The notes below the pieces were generated by a model that was not told where the DNA came from, made no database searches, and saw only the letters and a list, made by a program, of their open reading frames with translations. Below are positions 1 to 45,719 of a stretch of 64,000 nt of DNA, in pieces. Position 1 is the first letter of the stretch. Every line of letters begins with the position of its first letter. This stretch comes from Chrysomallon squamiferum. Its lineage: Eukaryota > Animalia > Mollusca. Position numbers and translations under genes: made by a program. The stretch lies in the NCBI GenBank assembly GCA_012295275.1, contig CM022676.1, positions 16,740,001 through 16,804,000 of the forward strand. The letters are read 5' to 3'.

Positions 1-39
1 TGACTACATGGTCCACTTCGTCAACTTTTTGTTCGTGAT

Positions 40-700
40 GACGTTACACTGATATAGTGAAAAGTGCTCCGGTTTAGGCATACTTAATAATCACATAATC
101 ACCTGACTTCGGGTCTTTGTCCTGAAAAAGAACACGTGCATCTTGTGTTTCCTCCTCAGATCTGCTCTATACAACACATTCAGCAGTGGATTTAACATAA
201 TCTTCACGTGCGTCTACCAACTGCTGTTTAGCTCTCATTTTTGTTCTGCTCTTCTCAGATGAGATTCGTTTTGTGACATGTGTCAGTGAGAAAAGTGATG
301 TTTGCCTTTTTCCTTGAAGTCTGTTTACTCGTGGGTGTTTTGGGTGTGGTCGCATCTGCTCTGGAGAAATGTTTACTGGTGGAAGCTGTTGTTGTGACTG
401 TGTGCTGGTTAAAGAAACCTTTCTTTGTCTTCCGTTCTTCCTCTATACGTATTTCTCTTATATCACATACAACATTTAATATATCCTGAAGAAAAGTAAT
501 ACCAGTAATAAATGATATAGTAAGTAGCATTGATGTGATCGCTGTATTTACTTTGCTTTCAAATGCAATGCGGGCCAATGAGTCACCTGCGTACTGGACA
601 CCATAGAAATGGGCACAGTTTTCCCAGCAGCACTTTCTTTATGTTAGCCCAATATAGCAGACAACCTACTCGTCATCGACTACAACTGCATTTAGAAGTC
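40..700 (-). mobile_element. Possible decayed DNA-transposon (pogo/DDE-like) coding relic in gene A intron
   Basis: Relatively GC-rich, broken minus-strand frames (DILNVVCDIREIRIEEERKTKK..., QDKDPKSGDYVIIKY, ESAAGKTVPISMV) loosely reminiscent of DDE_1-type transposase segments; stops and frameshifts present; family not securely recognised. Confidence 0.25.
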
Positions 701-1256
701 AAAAAAAAAAAACTAAAAAAAAAAAAAAAAATCTTTATAGGATCTACTAAATATGTATTACCACTTCAATATTAAATTATTACCAAAAAAGAAAAATATT
801 ACTCAATGGAATAAAAAAAATACTTTTTAAGTGGTGTGTTGGTAACCCGCTCGAAAGCGCCTAAACAAAACGGGTGTGGTAGTTGTACTACAGTTTTGTA
901 GTCAGGAGTTTATCAGCTGACTCAGAGGTCTTCATGGCTGACAGGTCCCCAGTTTCACTTATACCTATTGTTGTAGTAGTTGCTGTTGATTTATTTTCTT
1001 CTGATATTTAATGGTTTCATGATTATTTTTGTTAGAATTATCATTATCGTCATGGTTGTCATCATCAATATTATTTTTATTCTTGTTGTTGTTACTAGTT
1101 TTGTTAGTTATAATGGTGAATAACTTACTTGATTTCATTTTTCAAAGTGTTTACAGGAAACTGAGAAATATGTGGTATTATTTCGACTGGGCTTACACAC
1201 ATATATATTATATATATATATTATATATATATATATACATATATATATAATACATA

Positions 1257-1289
<33 letters not shown>

Positions 1290-1515
1290 TTTTTTTTTTT
1301 TGAATGCTTGTGTTTGTATAACTGTCATTCATTTCTTTTCAGATGTTTTTTTTCAGCACTGGGTAAACTGTAATTTCATTATATCAATTTCCTTCATAAA
1401 TTCTAATCGCTGCAGTCTGCTTTTATATTCTTTCACACTGTAAAGCTACTAGGACAGTATTCTGTTAAAAACTTTATTATCTTCTGTTATTCTTCCTGTT
1501 AGTGTTATTCTTAAC

Positions 1516-2025
1516 ATTATTATTATTAGTAGTATTAGTATTATTATTAGTATTAGTATTATTATTAGTAGTATCAGTAGTAGTAGTATCAGTAGTATCA
1601 GTAGTATCAGTAGTAGTAGTATCAGTAGTAGTAGTAGTATCAGTAGTAGTAGTATTAGTATCAGTAGTATCAGTAGTAGTAGTATCAATAGTAGTAGTAG
1701 TAGTATCAGTAGTAGTAGTATCAGTAGTATCAGTAGTAGTAGTATCAGTAGTATCAGTAGTATCAGTAGTAGTAGTATCAGTAATATCAGTAGTAGTAGT
1801 ATCATTAGTAGTAGTATGAGTAGTATGAGTAGTATGAGTAGTATGAGTAGTATTAGTATCAGTAGTATCAGTAGTAGTATTATCAGTAGTATCAGTAGTA
1901 GTAGTATCAGTAGTATCAGTAGTAGTAGTATCAGTAGTAGTAGTATCAGTAGTATCAGTAGTATTAGTAGTATCAGTAGTATCAGTAGTAGTAGTATCAG
2001 CAGTAATAGCAGTAGTAATAGTAGA
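1516..2025. repeat. Compound (AGT)n/(AGTAGTATC)n microsatellite
   Basis: Directly visible; explains the S/I/V/L-rich ORFs. Confidence 0.95.
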
Positions 2026-3056
2026 AGCAGTGATTGGCTAGTTTTATAATTGACAGTAAAACAGTAGAAAGGACATCAGTAGTGGTACCAGTTGCTAACG
2101 TAACTGTAGTAGTAGTTACTGTAAATGTAATAGATGTTGTCATCGTTGTAATTACTATATATATGTATACATGTAAGTACGTATATGTATTTTTCAGGCT
2201 TACAAACACAGGCTAATAAGATTAATTCATCAGAGGCAGTAACAACAACAACAACGTCGACTCTGTTAGAAACATCTGGCTCAAAAAGTAATGCATCTAC
2301 CTAATTTATTTATGTATTTCTCTTTGTTTGTCCTTCTTTCACGATATCTCTCTACATTATACATAAATACATACACACAAGTTTATAAATGTTTCATTCA
2401 AAAACAGACACAAACACAATTACGGATTATTATTATTAAATCAAGATTGCTTATGGAGTCTGGCACATCAAGACATAAATACATACATACGTCATCATCG
2501 TCTGCAGCTAAATCTTGAGATTTTACCATTCACTTGGTAGATTTCAGGGAAGAGTTCGCTATCACTGTGATCTTCATGTGACACCGAAAAATTTGCTTTT
2601 AGCAAACATTTGACATGTTTAAAAGTCGAACATTTTACTAACCAACTCGAACAAGGGACTGTTGCGCGTAACCTCCAGTGAGACGTGACAAGGAAACATG
2701 TTTGATATACTTGTACAAAATACATTGAATCAACCTTTTAACCCTAGCCACCGCACCGAGAACAGCATACATAGGAACTCTGTACAAAAGTGATGTATTG
2801 TTAATTACTCGGTTGCAGACATAAACCATGACGAAATAAGGTGACTCACACAAATGTTCACCCTTTCACCACTTTTATAGCTCCTTTATTTTTGTTCCTT
2901 CCTTTTTTCTATCATGTTTTGTCAGCTTCATTTCTGTGTATTTACTCTGGCATAATACGTACCAATTTAGTTTGTATTTTCTTGCAGTGTACACGTCTCG
3001 AATTCTAATACTTTTTTGTAGTATATCTGTATTCAGTTTAACAAGTGTTGTTTCAG

Positions 3057-5516
<2,460 letters not shown>

Positions 5517-5999
5517 ACTATATCTTTATTACTGTGCTTACTTAAATCTACGAAACAACTTATTTCATTACTTTTACTGTAAATATATATGCACTTACAG
5601 ATACATACATACGTACGTACATTCACAAATAATACATACATACATGCATACATATATATGTATATATATCTGTGTAGATATGTTCATTCATTCCTACATA
5701 TGCACATATACGTACAGACATTCATAGGTTAAACATCGGAAAATCACATTTAGTTTCAGGAAATGAAATTATATAACAATTATTCACTATTATTGAATTT
5801 ATAAATCAAAAGAGCTAATTAAATATATATATGTTTTGCTTTTCATACAAAAACGTAGTTAGACAATTTTTTCAAATGTGGTTTATTACTTGTGTTTAGT
5901 TCAAGACAATGTAATATACAGTGCATGTTTGTATAGTATTTTATATTCTGTAATTAGTGTTTTTCTTTCAATTAACTGATACTGTACAGCATATAATTG

Positions 6000-6400
6000 C
6001 GACAAATCTGTAAAATTGTGATTAAACTATGTTTTTTTTCATATTCTAATTAATCTATATATATTAAATTTGTGATTAACCTCTGTCTACTAAACTTCTA
6101 CTTACTCTAAGTCTTGTGAAACTGTGACTTAACTGTGTTTAGTAAAATTCTAATTAATCTATGTCCATTAAAACTGAGAATGAACTACATCTAGTGAAAT
6201 TGTTATTAATCTGTCTAGTAAATTGCAAAGGGTATGGCTATTTAATTGTGATTAAATTTTGTCCAGTAAAATTATAATTAGTGTTTGCTTAGCCAAAATT
6301 GTGAATAATACATGTCTAGTAAAACTGTTATTACACTATGCCTAGTAAGATTCTCATTAAACTATATCTAGTAAAATTCGGATTAATTTTGTTCTGGTAG
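6000..6400. repeat. Degenerate ~26-bp tandem repeat (consensus ~TAGTAAAATTGTGATTAAACTATGTC) in or near gene A 3'UTR
   Basis: Roughly 15 recurrences of tagtaaaa-tt-tgattaa-ct-tgtc; a shorter homologous array lies at ~38725-38840. Confidence 0.75.
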
Positions 6401-6419
6401 AAACAGCGTATGACATTTA

Positions 6420-7690
6420 TGTTTTGTACAAAGAAATAAGTTAGGTCTTTTGCTAACAGTATTGTAATGTCAGGTTATAGTAGAATAAAAGCTTAAACTA
6501 AACATAACATTTTTCGTTGTTGCAATTAATTGTCCTACTGTCTATGAAAACTGCCCTAAGTCATGATGAGAGAGTGTTTCCTTGCCTGACGCCGATTTCA
6601 GAATCAGATAAGAAACTGTTCGCTCTATTTCTTGAATTAGTATCTTAATTGATATTTACTAAAACATTAAAGTATTTCCTGTTTATATCAGAAATAATTA
6701 ACTTATTCCGTAATCCAGTCCTGCAGACACTATCACAACTTCAAAAGTCTTCTCAAAATCTATAAAAGCAAACTGTACTCTTTTATTTTTATTATTTTAT
6801 TTCATTTTATTATTTATTTATTTAGTTATTATTATTTTTAACATAATATTAAGAGTATATATTAATATATTAATCAGTAATAAAGTCTTCTCCGCCTGGT
6901 TGATCACTGTTAACTGCTCTAGATATTTCGTCGGCTGAAAAAGTGTTGTTCAAAATATCACTAGTTCTTTCTTGGCTTTCAGTGTGCAATTTTCATCAAC
7001 GCTACAATTAAAGGTTTTGAAAAAACTGATAGTCAGTGTTTATTGCTGTCAAGAGCTGACCAGTACTCTATTGGATTTGACGTTTTTATCATTTTCATTT
7101 TACGTTTAATAGATATTTTATGTTCCCTAATTGATCTATTTAGTGTTTGTTTGAAATGATTCTCTTTGTACTTCAAGTTTGCTTTCAGTATATCACCACC
7201 ATATTGTTTATGTTTTTGTCTCTCTTCACTGACATCTTTTAGCAGTTTTGCAAGCTTTGCTAAACCAGATCTGAGTATAATGATGCTTTTGTAATATAGG
7301 CTGGTTTCTTTCCAGACGTTTCTTTAGCTGCAGTTATAAATATTATATTTATATCTGAGACTATATTATTTATAAATTCAGAATCAACGCCCGCAGACTT
7401 GCAATTTTGTAAGTTTTGTGATATTTCATTTAATAAATGCTTCTGCTTTTTAAATTTATCATCAAATTATTGCTTTTATTCATTACCCCATTTCCCTGGG
7501 ACTTCCTTACAGCTTAGTGGTATGAATTACAGTGTTTTCTGGATTTTCGTGTGTATGTAGTTTGGCCTGTTGACATTTAATAACTCATATATCTTCATCT
7601 ACTCTTGCAGTCACAATAAACATGTTACTGTATGTATAGAAATCAAGGAGAATACGACCACAGTTATTTTTATTTTTAACCTTGATACTT
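6420..7690 (-). mobile_element. Decayed non-LTR retrotransposon (LINE) ORF2 fragment, copy 1
   Basis: Homologous to 42640-43690 and 60200-61760; minus-strand DILNNxFSADEISRAV and NPIEYWSAL resemble the EN-RT linker of LINE ORF2. Confidence 0.7.
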
Positions 7691-7697
7691 CTTGTAT

Positions 7698-7700
<3 letters not shown>

Positions 7701-7792
<92 letters not shown>

Positions 7793-7800
7793 CTCTCTCT
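7701..7800. repeat. (CT)n microsatellite
   Basis: Directly visible; same position relative to the LINE relic as 43693 and 61766. Confidence 0.98.
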
Positions 7801-9429
7801 AATTGGTGTTCTCTCATTATACTTTTTAATTGTTAAACAGTATTTTAGTAAAGGCTTCTGTATTTTTGTTTAAGTTATAACAAAATTCTTGCTTTTATCA
7901 TTACATCATTTCCCTGGAACTTCCTTTCAGCTTTCTCAGGTATCAGTTACTTTGTTTTCAGGATGTATTCGTGTTCGCATTTAGGACTATGGGCATTGAA
8001 TAAGAATCAAGAAAATGGCAAAATGTTCAACTAAAGACAAGTATATTCCCAACACATCTATCTTCATCTAGTGTTCCAGACATGAAAAACATATTATTAT
8101 ATCTACAGAAATCAAGGAGAATACGAACATAGTTATTTTTTTCTTTTTATCCTTCCATACTCGTTGTTTTAACATATTTAAATATGTTGATAACATGGTG
8201 CAGATGAACGCATTTTCATAAACTGTAGGATTACAGTTAATATTATTTGTTATTTACTTTAAAAAAAAAAATAATAATAATAATAATGTAGAAAAGAAAT
8301 ATTATGTACAATCCTGCAAAGAATAATTCTTGAACATGAGGAATAAACTGTAATCTTTACTAAAATTTGTTTTTTTCTGTCTCCATCTCTTTCTCTGTCG
8401 CTAGATAGTGTTTTATCGTTCAAGGTATATACAACACACAAAAACTCTATAAAAAATGGTACGAGTGTTAATTAGAATAAAAATAAAATATGAACTGATA
8501 TTAGATAATATTAAAGGTTACATATTCTTATATATTACTTTAATTGTACTTACAAATTTGTCTTCTTGTTATGCAAGATCACGCGCTTTACAACTTACAA
8601 TTTACTTACAGATAATTTTAAAATTATATAAAAAACAACAACTGACAACTACATAATTGGGATGAAGAATTTTAAAATATATTTCACATTCATTCTTAGT
8701 GATCATTATCATTTAGCAAAAACCAAAAATCCACTGATAATCATATTACTCATTTAGAATGAGCAAAATATATTTTCATTATAACTCTGACGCAAGAAGG
8801 GATATGATTATACTAAAAATAAAATGTATTGAGTATATAATTGTTAAGACATGTTGATAACATTGATTCACACTGCGCTGTTGTATTGATAAATGGTTGC
8901 GTGTTGTTGTCACCAATTGTGTTATTCTAATTAATATCTCTAATAATATGATACTTTGATAGTCGATGAATCAACTATTTTTAAGTGTTTTGTACTAGAG
9001 ACACTAAAGATATTTATTTCTCAAATTCTGAATTCGCTGAAGAATTTATCCAAATTGGTTGAATCAATACAGATGTTCATAACAGAATATTCTGTAATTG
9101 AACATACGAATATGTAAATCGTTGTTCAGAGAATCGCGCGCACTCACACACACACGAACAGAAAAAAACACACAATCACATTTAGAAACTTTCACATAAG
9201 TATCTAGGGATATTTTAGCTTGCCTTTCTGAAGTATACATAATGATAAACAAGTTAGAATAAATAAATATAGATAGATAAATAGACAGACAGACAGTCAG
9301 ACAGACAGTCAGACAGACAGACAGACAAGTAGCCATACCACCACAAAAAAGTTTTTCTTAAGTGTTCTTGATAATAATACTTTTTTTCTTTATTTCATCA
9401 GTGTGATACGTTCCACTTCAGCTACTAGT

Positions 9430-9564
9430 AACAAACAGGTGTACGATTACCAAATAAACTGCGTCAGTCAACGTGCAATGAATATAAAGCTAGCAATAAC
9501 CATCTGAATTAAAGTAGTGGTGTTTGATGGAGACAGACTGACGTAGACAGTTCTTAATTAAGAA
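9430..9564 (+). promoter_or_regulatory. Putative proximal promoter/5'UTR of gene B
   Basis: CAGGTG, TGCGTCA (9460-9466) and TATAAA (9483-9488) just upstream of the leader ATG; block conserved at 56955-57087 and 63840-63972. Confidence 0.5.
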
Positions 9565-38390
<28,826 letters not shown>

Positions 38391-39529
38391 TATATCTCTT
38401 TATTAATGTGTTTACTTAAAACATTGAAACAACCTATTTTGTCACTTTTATCACACGCACACACACACACACACACAAACACACACCTATAAACACATAC
38501 ATGCATATATAGGAACAAATATTATAACATGTATTCACCATTACTGAACTTTATTATTCAGGAAAGATAGCTAAATATGTATTTTTTCATTTTCATACAA
38601 GAACGCCTTTAGAGCCATTTAAAAACAAAAAAATGTTTATATGTGTTCGATACTTGTGTTATGTTTCCATCATGACAGTATATGTAATATACAGTATTTG
38701 TTGGTATATTTTAAGTGCTACAACTACAGTCTAGTAAAATTGTGACTAACTGTGTCTATTGTGATTCTGCTTAAAGTATATCTAATAGAATTGTGATTAA
38801 GTGTGTCTAGTAAGATTCTCATTAAACAAAGTCTAGTAACAAAAATGTGTGGCGTTGATTTTTTGTGCGGACACATGGTCTAAACTCTCTGACTTGAGGA
38901 CAGTAAATTATAATGATGATGAGTTACTATCGCACAGAACAAGATTTTTTTTTAAAAAGAGACCTGATTATTATCCACCGAACATAATGCAGTCTAGCAA
39001 ACATGTTTATAGTTTTGTTGTTTGTCGTCTTAGCAAAATACAATTGAAAATAAATAAAATAACATAGAATAAAATAAAAATAAAAACTCAGTGATGAGCA
39101 TTATAACAGAATTCCTTTCTTTACTTACTACAAGAGTTGTGTAACGACATCTCACCTAAATGTGCCTCTAACAGCAATATGTCCTAAACATTTCTACAAC
39201 AATCAAATTTACAAAATGTCCTTCCCTTCTTAATCCAGTTGTGCTTCTCGCATGACTATCGTCTTCAAGTCGATGCTACTTAAATATCACCTCATCTAGC
39301 GCACGTCAAAACAATCAACGAAACACTGAATTACATCCGAAATTACTATAACCTTAGACAGTCTTAATATTTCTGTAAACATGACTGTAACATGTTGTAG
39401 CTGTCAAATCACTGGTGAAAACAGGTCTATACAGTGATACTCAATTAGTTTAGTATAATCAGTTATATGTTACACGTATGCTACATTTGTCTACATAATA
39501 ATCTATAACTTCATCATTTAAAAGATAAA

Positions 39530-39980
39530 TAGACGTTTTATTAGAAATACGCAGTGAACCTTTAAACAAGGACGTATTTTTAGAAAATATACAGGATAAG
39601 TTTAAACAAAAACGTATAAGCAGAAAATATATGAAATAACTTTAAATAAAAGCGTTATTTAATATTAATGAAATATTATAAGAGAATATACAGGATAAAT
39701 TTAAATAAAACACGTATTATTAAAAATATCGGTTAAGACTTTAAACAAAAGCGTCTTATTAGAACCCCCCGAAAAAACACCAAAATGACTTTGAACAAAA
39801 CAGGTATTATTACAAAACAAAAAGGATCAATTTAAAAATACGTATTATTAGAAAATGTACAGTTTAACTTTGAGCAAAAACTTATTTTTAGAAACATACA
39901 GTGAAACTTAAACAAAAATGTAGAATTGTATGTGGTAACTTTAAACAAAAATGCATTGTTAGAAATAGGCAACTTTATTT
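39530..39980. repeat. Second array of the ~40-bp minisatellite
   Basis: Same unit (ttagaaaatatacaggataa-tttaaacaaaaacgta) as 11371-11985. Confidence 0.85.
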
Positions 39981-40863
39981 CGTGAAGAAACAACAAACCA
40001 TATTTTTTTTTATCCTTGATTATAATATTAACGGATGGATGTATGCGTATGTATGTACATACGCATGTGTAAACATAAATACATACACACACACGATCAC
40101 ACCCACTCCCACCCAACCACACACTATATATTAAATCTTTGTTTCGTTAGATGCATTTCTATTACGTATATTAACTACAGATATTTTATTAACGGATTAA
40201 TATATATACTTCAAGTTCTCTTTGACAATCAGTAATACCAATTTACAGGAAAGTACCCGATGACGAACTTTTAAAGGGAGTTTTTAAATTGTAAAGTTCC
40301 GTTAATTTGTGGTGAAGATACAGCGAGTTCAGTGTGACAAGCTAAATCAGCTTGCAATTTTTTACTCTCCGGTTGCTTCTATTTTTCTTTCGATTCCGCT
40401 GTTTTCACCGACGTCCGCAGAAATGTTCTATGTTCTGGCTTGGAAAGTGTGTGTGTGGCATGGTGTGTGCGTGTGTGCGTGTTTAGTCAGTCTCGCAATC
40501 ACATCTATAAATGCACACACACGCATATAGACACATATTTACCGTTTGTGTTATGATTGTGTGCGTGTAAGTTTCTGAGTATTTACAGGTGTCATTGCCA
40601 GACTGATATATTCACATACATATATGGATTGCATAAAAACAATAGACATACATATGTGTGTTTGTGTCTATGTATGTGTATATAAATTCAATAATTATAT
40701 TAATGTTTAAATTTGATTTGTATAAATTAAATTGTTAATACAATATCTATAGTTTAAGATATATCAAATTTTATATAGAATTGTTACAGCCATTTATTGT
40801 TTTATCAGTGTATAAATGTACAGGTCAAGAACTCTCCATAATAGATATTTACCTTTGTATAGG

Positions 40864-40897
<34 letters not shown>

Positions 40898-41155
40898 ATA
40901 TATATATCCTTTACTGCAGTCGATTATGCGCACCTGCGTGTGTTTGTGCTACATTACTATTAGATTCTCCAAAGCATTTCCATTTATGGTCCTCTATTTT
41001 TAGTGAGTTTTGTATTCGAGGTCGAATCTGAATAAAAATTCTATGAATGGAACATTTGAAGTATTTTCTTTGTGCTAGTTGTACGAAACTTACCTCGTAT
41101 TGTGAAAGAAGGAGCATTTACTATCAGTAAAACGCTTATAGATCTTATATCTCTC

Positions 41156-41352
41156 TTTCTGAAAGCAAAAACGTCTATATTGGACATTACAAATGATATT
41201 AAGCGACAGAAATTTTGTTTTGTCAGGTTTATGTGCAGCGTGTGAAAGGTCTATCGCGAACGTTGGTCACTACAAATAAACAAAACAAAACAAAAATTAT
41301 GTCGTGTAATGTCATTTATAATATCCAATATAAACGTCTTTGTTTCCAGAAA
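41156..41352. repeat. Long imperfect inverted repeat (~80-bp arms, ~35-nt loop)
   Basis: tttctgaaagcaaaaacgtctatattggacattacaaatgatattaagcgacagaaattttgttttgt pairs with the reverse complement of 41271-41352. Confidence 0.85.
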
Positions 41353-42639
41353 TCTGGAGAAAAGGTTTATGAAGAACTTCTGTAGCAGCAGACACGTGTC
41401 AAAACTAACAGCTGTGTTTCGTCTCTTAAAGCACAGAGAAAGGGAAGATTTAACCCTCTGTCTGAGAGAGAAGTCAACAGCGTGTTTATTCCGAACCACG
41501 CGGAGTGTTAAAATACGACTGATGAAATCCATTCTCCTCAGCCAGAACCTCCTGAATTCTGTCACACCTCCCCAAAACACACCTCCTGTAAATACGCAAA
41601 CCTATACTTTTAAATAGAATTTAAAATATACCATCAGAAATGTTCGATAACCGTGAACACGATAACAGTAAATATACATGGTTCATGTAACTACTGTTAT
41701 AAAAATATCGTATACAAAATGTCAAAGGTCACTTACAGACATATAAAATGTATCTATATGTCATATCACACACCGGCGTCACCCTTCACCTAACACGTTT
41801 CAAGAACAACAACTACAACAACAATAATAATCAATTGATTTTTTCTTTGTTTATGTCCCTAGTAATGCGGTCGTACCCTCACAGTTTAAGAAAAAACATA
41901 ATAAACAAATTAAATAGAACAGAACAAAATGTGTGTTTAATTGATTTTGAAAAAGTCAACATACCCAGACCGAACATTTGCAGTCTGCTTGAGCCGATGT
42001 TTTTCTTTACGTGGAACACACACTGACTTATTTTTTGTTGTTGATGTAAACACTAACGTTTCCCGGAAATTTGTCGTTACGTCTAGTTTCAGTTTAGCTT
42101 ACCGTATAAACCACAATATAGGAAAAAGAGAAATGTAGAAACGTTTATTCGATAAAATACAAATACCTACAGTCATACACATATACATACGCATATAAAA
42201 ACGCATTCAGAGAAACATAAACACACAGTGACACGCACAAAAATATTCTTACAAAGACATCAACACACATAATTCAGTCGAAAGGAAGCGGCTAGCGGAG
42301 GTGAAAATAATAACTTTATAATTTTCTGTATTTCAGAATTTTGTACTTAAATATTCTCAAGATATTTTGTCAGCATTGTTTTCTTTAAAACATTTATTTT
42401 TTATTTTTTTTATTTGTGCTTTTAAAGTCGCGTTCTGTTAAAATTTAAACTCAGAACTTATTTTCTCATATTTACGGTGTTTGATTCATGAACTCTAAAC
42501 GCGTTTCTATAATTATTATTATATTTATCATTATTATTATTATTATTATTATTATTTTATTTTAATTTTAGTTTTTTTTAGTTTTTTTTAGTTTTTGCAT
42601 TTGTTCATTAAATAATTATATACTATAAAGAAAATCAAT

Positions 42640-43812
<1,173 letters not shown>

Positions 43813-45282
43813 GTTAGTGATTTATTTTTCAAGATATATGCAACACGGAAACGAAGCTTAAAATGCTAGGAATTTCAAATTAAATTAAAAAAAAAAGAAA
43901 AAAAGAAAAAACAAACAGTTGATGTAAATAAGATAAAATTAAAGGTTATATATTATTATAGACTAATTTAATTTGTATACAGATTTGTCTTCCTGTTATG
44001 GAAGATCACGCGCGTAACAAATTAAAAATTATTTCAAAATAATTTTAAAAAGCTATTTTGCCCTATTCCCGAATACTTCAGTATACTGGTCACAGCTTTG
44101 TTGACGAAACTCGCCAGCATATCAAATTAAATCTGCAACGTGTCGTTTTTTTTATGTAACTGAGATCAAAATAGTGTGTCACTGATACACGAGATACACT
44201 AAAGTACACCCAGTGTTATTATTACATCTTACACAGCGCCTACTGTTTTACTAGATTAGAGCAAGACAGACTATTCTAAATGACTGTCAACTGTTTTGTG
44301 CGTATATGTGTGTGTCTTCATCTTTTCAGATGTGGGTTTGGACATTTCTGTTTATGTGTCTCTGTATATATATCTCTACGTGTGTATGTTTATGTGTGTA
44401 TGTCTGTACGTGTAGACATATTTATTTACTTACAGATTGTTACAACAAGGATTTGGGAACACGAATCCCGTAGTAACATAATACCTCCATTATTTCTATT
44501 AGTAGCTATCAAAGTGTAACGACCGCTTTACCACTGATAGGACAACACAGGCCACTGCACCTGAAAAACATCACCTTGACAGAAAACAGGTGACACTGTG
44601 GTTTGAAAAAAAAAAAGAATTTCTAGATACATTTCTCATCCTTTCGTAGTTATTATCATCTACCTACAACGAAAAATCGACTCATAATTATATGAATCAT
44701 TTAATAAGAGCACAACAGACTTTCATGATGTTTTCGACGCAAGACAGGATATGGTTATAGAAAAATAAAATGAATTAAAATGAAAATGTTGAAAATATTT
44801 ACAGATTAAGTAATACAGAAATGCACGAGGCTGTAATACGGCTAAAAACTAAGATTCTGCAGTTATAAATTTATTTATTTTTTCCGGAGGGGTCGATGGG
44901 GTCTGAGTTTGTCATGAAATGGACTTCAGCCATATTTTTTTACACGTTGAAATCTTCTTTATTCTTTATTCTTGAAATTATAATCATCTGGTCCTGTAGT
45001 TGTATCTTTATGACTGATTTATAATTGAGCATGTTAAATTTGTCTGTCACAGAATAAAATAAAATTTAAACAGTTACAAAATACAACATAGCTCATACAA
45101 ATAAGTAGTATCAGTGTGTTTATTTACCCGTAACAAGTAGCAAGGCTTCTTAATACTTTTACCTGACTTTGACCTCTGTAAAGTGTCACTTGTGAACCGG
45201 AGAACCGTGACTTGTAAGATAAATTACTTCAGTCTCGTTTTCACGAGCAGACGATGGTTTTGTTAATGCGATTTTTACACTG

Positions 45283-45315
<33 letters not shown>

Positions 45316-45562
45316 CGTCAAACTCGTATTCTCGTTGGGAAAGAGTACAGCGATAATGAAACAGCTTTAAGAGATTAGAATTATATGACGTATCCATATC
45401 ACTCTTTTCTTTTTTATTATTATAATTGTTGTTTTGATTCTGGCAGAAGATGTAAAATTACGTCAAGCAAAATTTATTCATTTGTCAAAAAAAATAAAAA
45501 TAAGAACAGTTTAAAGGATTATGATTATATGAAGTACATAGACTCATTATTTTATTATTGCT

Positions 45563-45628
<66 letters not shown>

Positions 45629-45659
45629 TTGTGATTGTTATAATTATAAATTACTTTAC

Positions 45660-45719
<60 letters not shown>

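Noticed and set aside
1449-2216. Long L/I-, V/S- and S/I-rich ORFs, a possible mucin-like stalk exon
   Set aside because: Pure trinucleotide microsatellite; no splice context or counterpart in gene B.
41251-41617. Overlapping 109-aa and 102-aa ORFs
   Set aside because: Non-ATG starts, no recognisable domain, partly made of the inverted repeat.
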